Shown in pieces: positions 59,651-64,000 of a DNA stretch of 64,000 nucleotides. The notes beneath the pieces were generated by a model, which ran no database searches, was not told the DNA's origin, and was given only the letters and a program-made list of their open reading frames with translations. Positions within the stretch are counted from its first letter, which is position 1; each line of letters starts with the position of its first letter. This DNA comes from Alkalispirochaeta sp. (GTDB lineage Bacteria; Spirochaetota; Spirochaetia; DSM-27196; Alkalispirochaetaceae): contig OZ271854.1 of assembly GCA_965601925.1 (NCBI GenBank), forward strand, positions 1 through 64,000, read 5' to 3'. Made by a program: the position numbers and the translations under genes.

Positions 59651-59680
59651 TTATACATACAAACAAGGTTGTATGTATAA
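59651..59680. promoter_or_regulatory. TetR/AcrR-type operator
   Basis: Perfect 12-bp inverted repeat TTATACATACAA-N6-TTGTATGTATAA, ending on the A of the tetR ATG. Confidence 0.85.
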
Positions 59681-60360
59681 TGAGACGGACCAAAGAGGAT
59701 GCGGAACAGACGCGGGAAGAGATCTTCCGATCGGGAATCAAAGTATTTGCTCGGAAGGGATACGCCGCGGCGACGATGAACGATATCGCGCGGGAGGCCG
59801 GTGTTACCCGAGGTGCGATTTATTGGCATTTCAAGAACAAAGAAGACTTTTATGTGGAGATAACGAGTCGCCTCAACAACTACTACAACGAGATGATGAA
59901 AGAGGGACTCACATGGATCGAGGACGGGGCGCTGCAGGAATACGAAGGGCAGGTCGTCGATGAGATCGTGCGTGTATGCACCGGCGTGCTGCGGCGGTTT
60001 TTGGATGACGACGATTTTCGCGAGATGAACGAAATCTCGCTGCAGGTGTCGATCGAGGGCCAGACGGGCCCGAAATGTAAGACGTTGATCGACGACAAGG
60101 TCGATGCGGAGGCGGTGCAGTTCTTCGCCGAGCTGATACGTCGTCGCACCGTATACGACAAATGGGCGCCCGAGTCGGCCGACTTGGCGGTCGCGGCATT
60201 CATGAACGGCCTGCTCGTGCTGGTTTTACACGACAAGTCGCTCTTTACCGCAGAGAGAATCGAAGAAGTGATGGGATTTTTCCATCGCGGCCTTATGCCG
60301 CGGCCGGAACACGATGTAGTAGCTCATGGGAGCACAGCAGAAAAAGGAGCAACGAAATGA
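59680..60360 (+). CDS. TetR/AcrR-family transcriptional regulator
   Basis: MRRTKEDAEQTR and IAREAGVTRGAIYWHFKNK (AcrR-like HTH). Confidence 0.93.
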   Translation: MRRTKEDAEQTREEIFRSGIKVFARKGYAAATMNDIAREAGVTRGAIYWHFKNKEDFYVEITSRLNNYYNEMMKEGLTWIEDGALQEYEGQVVDEIVRVCTGVLRRFLDDDDFREMNEISLQVSIEGQTGPKCKTLIDDKVDAEAVQFFAELIRRRTVYDKWAPESADLAVAAFMNGLLVLVLHDKSLFTAERIEEVMGFFHRGLMPRPEHDVVAHGSTAEKGATK

Positions 60361-61424
60361 TCGGTGGGATCAAGACGATAACGAAGGGAACGGTTCTGTT
60401 GGGTGCGGTTATCGCGCTTGCCGCATGCGCGGGAGATGACGAGATCGTCCTTCCCAGTATTGACGAGGTTCATCGGACCGAAGGGGTGCCGGTCGAGGTA
60501 CGCGACGTTGCGCCGACGACGTTTCGCACGTACCTGAGCTTTACCAGCAGCCTGACCGGCGCCGCCGAATCGACCGCTGCGGCGATGCTCGAAGACGAAG
60601 TCGTGGGCGTGCTGTACCGAGTCGGCGATTACGTCGAGCAGGGTACGCCGGTAGTCGTCTTTCCGCCGGATAACCCCTCGCTCAACTACGAGCAGGCGCG
60701 CGTCGGCTTCGAGAGCGCCCGCACCGCCTACGAGCGCGTGCGCGGACTGTACGAGGACCAGGGCGTGTCGCAGCAGACGTACGACGACGCGCGGACGCAA
60801 TTCGAGATCTCCCGCGCCAACTGGGAGTCGATACAAAATATCACCCGCGTGCGCGCTCCCATCTCGGGATACGTCACGCGGATCAACGTCTTCGAGTCGG
60901 ACAACGTTTACGCCGGAGACCCCCTCTTTACCATCTCCGACCATAGTAGCCTCATCACGACCGTTTGGCTCACCGACCGCCAGGTGCGCGCGGTTACCGT
61001 CGGACAACCGGCGCGGGCGACGTGGCAGGACGTCGAGGTGACCGGAGAAGTCATTCAAGTAGATCTGGCGATGGATCACACGCGCCGCGCCTTTGCCGCG
61101 TGGCTCCGATTCTCGAACGACGATCTCGCCGTTCAGAGCGGCGTGACCGCGACGGTGGAGATCGAAACGTATCGTAATGATGAGGCGATCGTACTCAGCC
61201 AGCAGGAGGTCGTCCAAGACGAGGTCGGCTACGCGGCCTATCTCGCCCGCGAGGATCTCGCGCACCGCGTGCCGGTACGGGTCGAGCGCAGCCAAGGGCT
61301 CTTTCTCGAAGTAGTCGACGGTCTCGAGGCCGGCGACCAGCTCATCACCCGCGGTATCGCCTTCGTGGACGACGGCACACCGGTGCGTATCGTGAACCGC
61401 AGCGCGCTGTTGGTGCAGCGCTAA
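60357..61424 (+). CDS. RND efflux periplasmic adaptor (MFP), lipoprotein
   Basis: LAA-C lipobox; VGDYVEQG, RVRAPISGYV and GLEAGDQLITRG motifs. Confidence 0.9.
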   Translation: MIGGIKTITKGTVLLGAVIALAACAGDDEIVLPSIDEVHRTEGVPVEVRDVAPTTFRTYLSFTSSLTGAAESTAAAMLEDEVVGVLYRVGDYVEQGTPVVVFPPDNPSLNYEQARVGFESARTAYERVRGLYEDQGVSQQTYDDARTQFEISRANWESIQNITRVRAPISGYVTRINVFESDNVYAGDPLFTISDHSSLITTVWLTDRQVRAVTVGQPARATWQDVEVTGEVIQVDLAMDHTRRAFAAWLRFSNDDLAVQSGVTATVEIETYRNDEAIVLSQQEVVQDEVGYAAYLAREDLAHRVPVRVERSQGLFLEVVDGLEAGDQLITRGIAFVDDGTPVRIVNRSALLVQR

Positions 61425-61435
61425 AGGGGACCGCG

Positions 61436-64000
61436 ATGTTTCTTTCGGACCTTTCCATAAAGCGTCCCGTCCTCATGACGATGGTCCTAGCGGGCCTCCT
61501 TTTGTTCGGTGCGATCGGCTTCACCAATCTACCGCTCAACTTGATGCCCGAGGTGGAGATACCCTTCGTGACCGTGCAGACGGTCTATCCCGGGGCGAGC
61601 CCCGAGCAGATCGAGACGCAGATTACCGAACGCATCGAGGACGAAATCAGCACGCTCAGCCAGATACGGGGCATTCAATCGTTCAGCCTCAACAGCGCCT
61701 CGGTGATCATCGTCGAGTTTGAGCTGGCGAAGGATGTCAACGTCGCGACGCAAGAGGTCAAAGACCGCGTCGATCTGATCGTCAACGATTTTCCCGCCGA
61801 CGCCGAGACGCCGGTGGTAGAACGTTTCGACATTACCGCCCTGCCGATCGTCGACATCGTCATGAGCGGCGATATCGATCCGGTGGAACTGGGCAGCCTG
61901 GCGGAGAATACCGTGCGCGATCAACTCTCCAGAATCGCCGGCGTCGGAAGCGTATCGGTGGCCGGTGAGCGGGAGCGGGAAATACGCGTCGAGTTCGACA
62001 ACCGCACGGTGTACGAAAACTCGATCAGCCTGGCGCAGGTCGCACAGGTGCTTGCGGCGGCCAACCTCGACATGCCCGGCGGCTCCATCCAGTCGCAGAA
62101 CATGGACTTCGCCGTGCGCCTCGACGGTGAGTTTCAGGCGATCGATGAGTTGGCGGAGCTCGACATTCCCACCGCCGCGGGCCTTCGCCGGTTGGGAACG
62201 ATCGCAACGATCAGCGATACCGGCGAGGACGTTCGCGAGCGCACGACCTTCTTCGACAACACCGCGGGGATGCGCGATGAGAATACGGTGCTCCTCGGCG
62301 TTATCCGGAGTCCCGACGGCAACACGGTCGATATAGCGCGCGAAGTTGCGGCGAGCATTCCCGGCATCCAGGCGCAACTTCCCCCGGAGGTCTCCCTCCG
62401 GATCGTTTCCGACGAGTCGATCGAGGTTCGTGATTCGGTTAACGACACGCTTACGAACATCGTGCTGGGTATCGCCCTCACCTCGTTGGTACTCCTCTTC
62501 TTTCTCCACGACCTGCGCTCGACGGTGATCGTCGCCCTGGCGATGCCGATGTCGATCATTCCGACCTTCTTCACCATGAACGCCCTGAGTATGTCGCTCA
62601 ATCTTATGTCCCTCATGGGTATCTCGACGGCGGTCGGTGTCCTGGTCATGAACTCAGTCGTCGTTATCGAGAACATCTTTCGCCACCGAAGCATGGGGCA
62701 CGATCGTACAACGGCCGCCGCGAAGGGCACCTCCGAGGTCGTCGTAGCGGTCGTCGCATCGACGTTGACCAACATCGCCGTCTTTTTACCGATGGCTAAC
62801 ATGCGCGGCTTGGCGGGTCTGTTCCTGCGTGAGTTCGCCCTTGCGGTATCGTTTGCCACGATCTTCTCGTTGCTCATCTCGTTCACGCTGACCCCGATGC
62901 TCGCCTCGCGCCTCTTGCCGCTTCACGACACCAAGAAACACCCCATCGGCGACTTTTTGGAGCGCGGATTCAGCGGCTTGGAACGGGGCTACAAGACGGC
63001 GCTCTCGACGATTCTCCGTAGCCGCGGTCGCAGCGCCTTGGTCGTCGTCGCAACCTTCGGCGTCTTCGTTCTCACTCTCATGCAGTTCGGGAGGATTCCG
63101 TTCGAGTTTCAGCCGGCCCAGGACTTCGGCCGCCTGGGTGTGGAGGTGGAGCTTCCCGAGGGCACGGATCTCGATTCTACGGCACACCTGATGCGCGAAG
63201 TCGAACATCGCCTTGCCGCGCACGCCGAAGTGGAGACGATCGTCACCTCCCTGGGATCGACCTCGGGGACCGACATCGGCACCAATCTGGCGACTGCGAG
63301 CATCGAACTGGTAGACAAGGAGCTCCGGGACGGCGACCGGATCGTCGCGGCGCGCATGGCTCTCGACCTGGAGGATATACCGGGAGCGAGCATCGAGGTC
63401 GGCCCGCAAGCCAACGAGATGGAGTCGGGAGCGGCGGTCCTCTTCTACATACAGGGCGAGGAGACCGATACGCTGGCCGGCATCGCCCGCGACCTCCGAC
63501 CGCAGCTCCAGCGGATACCGGGACTCATCAACGTCGATATCTCGACGCGTCCCGGTAGCCCGGAGGTGGTGCTCTACCCCGATCGTCTCAAGCTCAATGA
63601 GGTCGGTCTGACGGTCCACGATCTCGCGATGACCATGCGCGCGGCGGTGGAGGGTATCGTGCTGACGACCTTCCGCGACGGCGGCGAGGAGTACGACATT
63701 CGCGTGACGCTCAGCGACGAGGATGTAGCAGGCTACGACCAGATCGCCAACATCGTAATCCCGACCACCACCGGGCTCTTCCCCCTGGGTCACTTCGCCG
63801 AGGTGGAGGTCGGCCAGGGAATCAATCAGATTCTGCGCGAGGACCGTATCCAAGCGGTCGAGGTAACCGCCGACCTATCACCGGGCTTCGTCTTCGGTGA
63901 GGTGAGCGCTCCGATCGAGGAGACGGTCGCGGCGATGAACATGCCCGAAGGATACCGACTGACGTGGGGCGGTGACGCCGAGCTTCTGGAAGAGACGGTG
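61436..64000 (+). CDS. RND efflux permease (AcrB/HAE1 family), runs off the window
   Basis: MFLSDLSIKRPV start; YPGASPEQIE; SLLISFTLTPMLASR; absent from the ORF track because it has no stop in the window. Confidence 0.93.
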   Translation, partial: MFLSDLSIKRPVLMTMVLAGLLLFGAIGFTNLPLNLMPEVEIPFVTVQTVYPGASPEQIETQITERIEDEISTLSQIRGIQSFSLNSASVIIVEFELAKDVNVATQEVKDRVDLIVNDFPADAETPVVERFDITALPIVDIVMSGDIDPVELGSLAENTVRDQLSRIAGVGSVSVAGEREREIRVEFDNRTVYENSISLAQVAQVLAAANLDMPGGSIQSQNMDFAVRLDGEFQAIDELAELDIPTAAGLRRLGTIATISDTGEDVRERTTFFDNTAGMRDENTVLLGVIRSPDGNTVDIAREVAASIPGIQAQLPPEVSLRIVSDESIEVRDSVNDTLTNIVLGIALTSLVLLFFLHDLRSTVIVALAMPMSIIPTFFTMNALSMSLNLMSLMGISTAVGVLVMNSVVVIENIFRHRSMGHDRTTAAAKGTSEVVVAVVASTLTNIAVFLPMANMRGLAGLFLREFALAVSFATIFSLLISFTLTPMLASRLLPLHDTKKHPIGDFLERGFSGLERGYKTALSTILRSRGRSALVVVATFGVFVLTLMQFGRIPFEFQPAQDFGRLGVEVELPEGTDLDSTAHLMREVEHRLAAHAEVETIVTSLGSTSGTDIGTNLATASIELVDKELRDGDRIVAARMALDLEDIPGASIEVGPQANEMESGAAVLFYIQGEETDTLAGIARDLRPQLQRIPGLINVDISTRPGSPEVVLYPDRLKLNEVGLTVHDLAMTMRAAVEGIVLTTFRDGGEEYDIRVTLSDEDVAGYDQIANIVIPTTTGLFPLGHFAEVEVGQGINQILREDRIQAVEVTADLSPGFVFGEVSAPIEETVAAMNMPEGYRLTWGGDAELLEETV

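Overview
High-GC (roughly 65% by eye) bacterial chromosomal window of core and accessory metabolism. Gene styles would fit a free-living spirochaete, but that is inference only. Left to right: (1) an N-heterocycle/nucleoside-type catabolic operon (5'-truncated, apparently tandem cyclase-family hydrolase, BMP-type ABC importer, FdrA, amidase, SBF symporter) followed by an eroded IS256 scar; (2) GH65 phosphorylase, degenerate HisKA_2 kinase, ABC-F, GntR/LacI regulator, secreted nitrilase-family protein, SIRT4-type sirtuin, methyltransferase/CDP-alcohol phosphotransferase/MFS, ADP-forming acyl-CoA ligase, aminotransferase and an acidic lipoprotein; (3) a sugar/polyol block: GPH symporter, lyxose/mannose isomerase, PfkB kinase, MtlD, then a SorC-regulated glucitol-family PTS operon. 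That operon has a split, order-swapped srlE, a SAF-domain oxidoreductase instead of srlD, and its own HPr/EI; (4) a corA remnant and signalling genes; (5) a pur cluster (purB-purL, then an internal promoter plus guanine riboswitch driving purC-F-M-N and a PurD-HisI fusion); (6) TetR with an AcrR-like operator and an RND pump whose TM4 lacks both proton-relay aspartates. Many transcription units appear leaderless (sigma70 -10 box 5-7 nt before the start codon). No CRISPR array, rRNA, tRNA or intact mobile element was seen.
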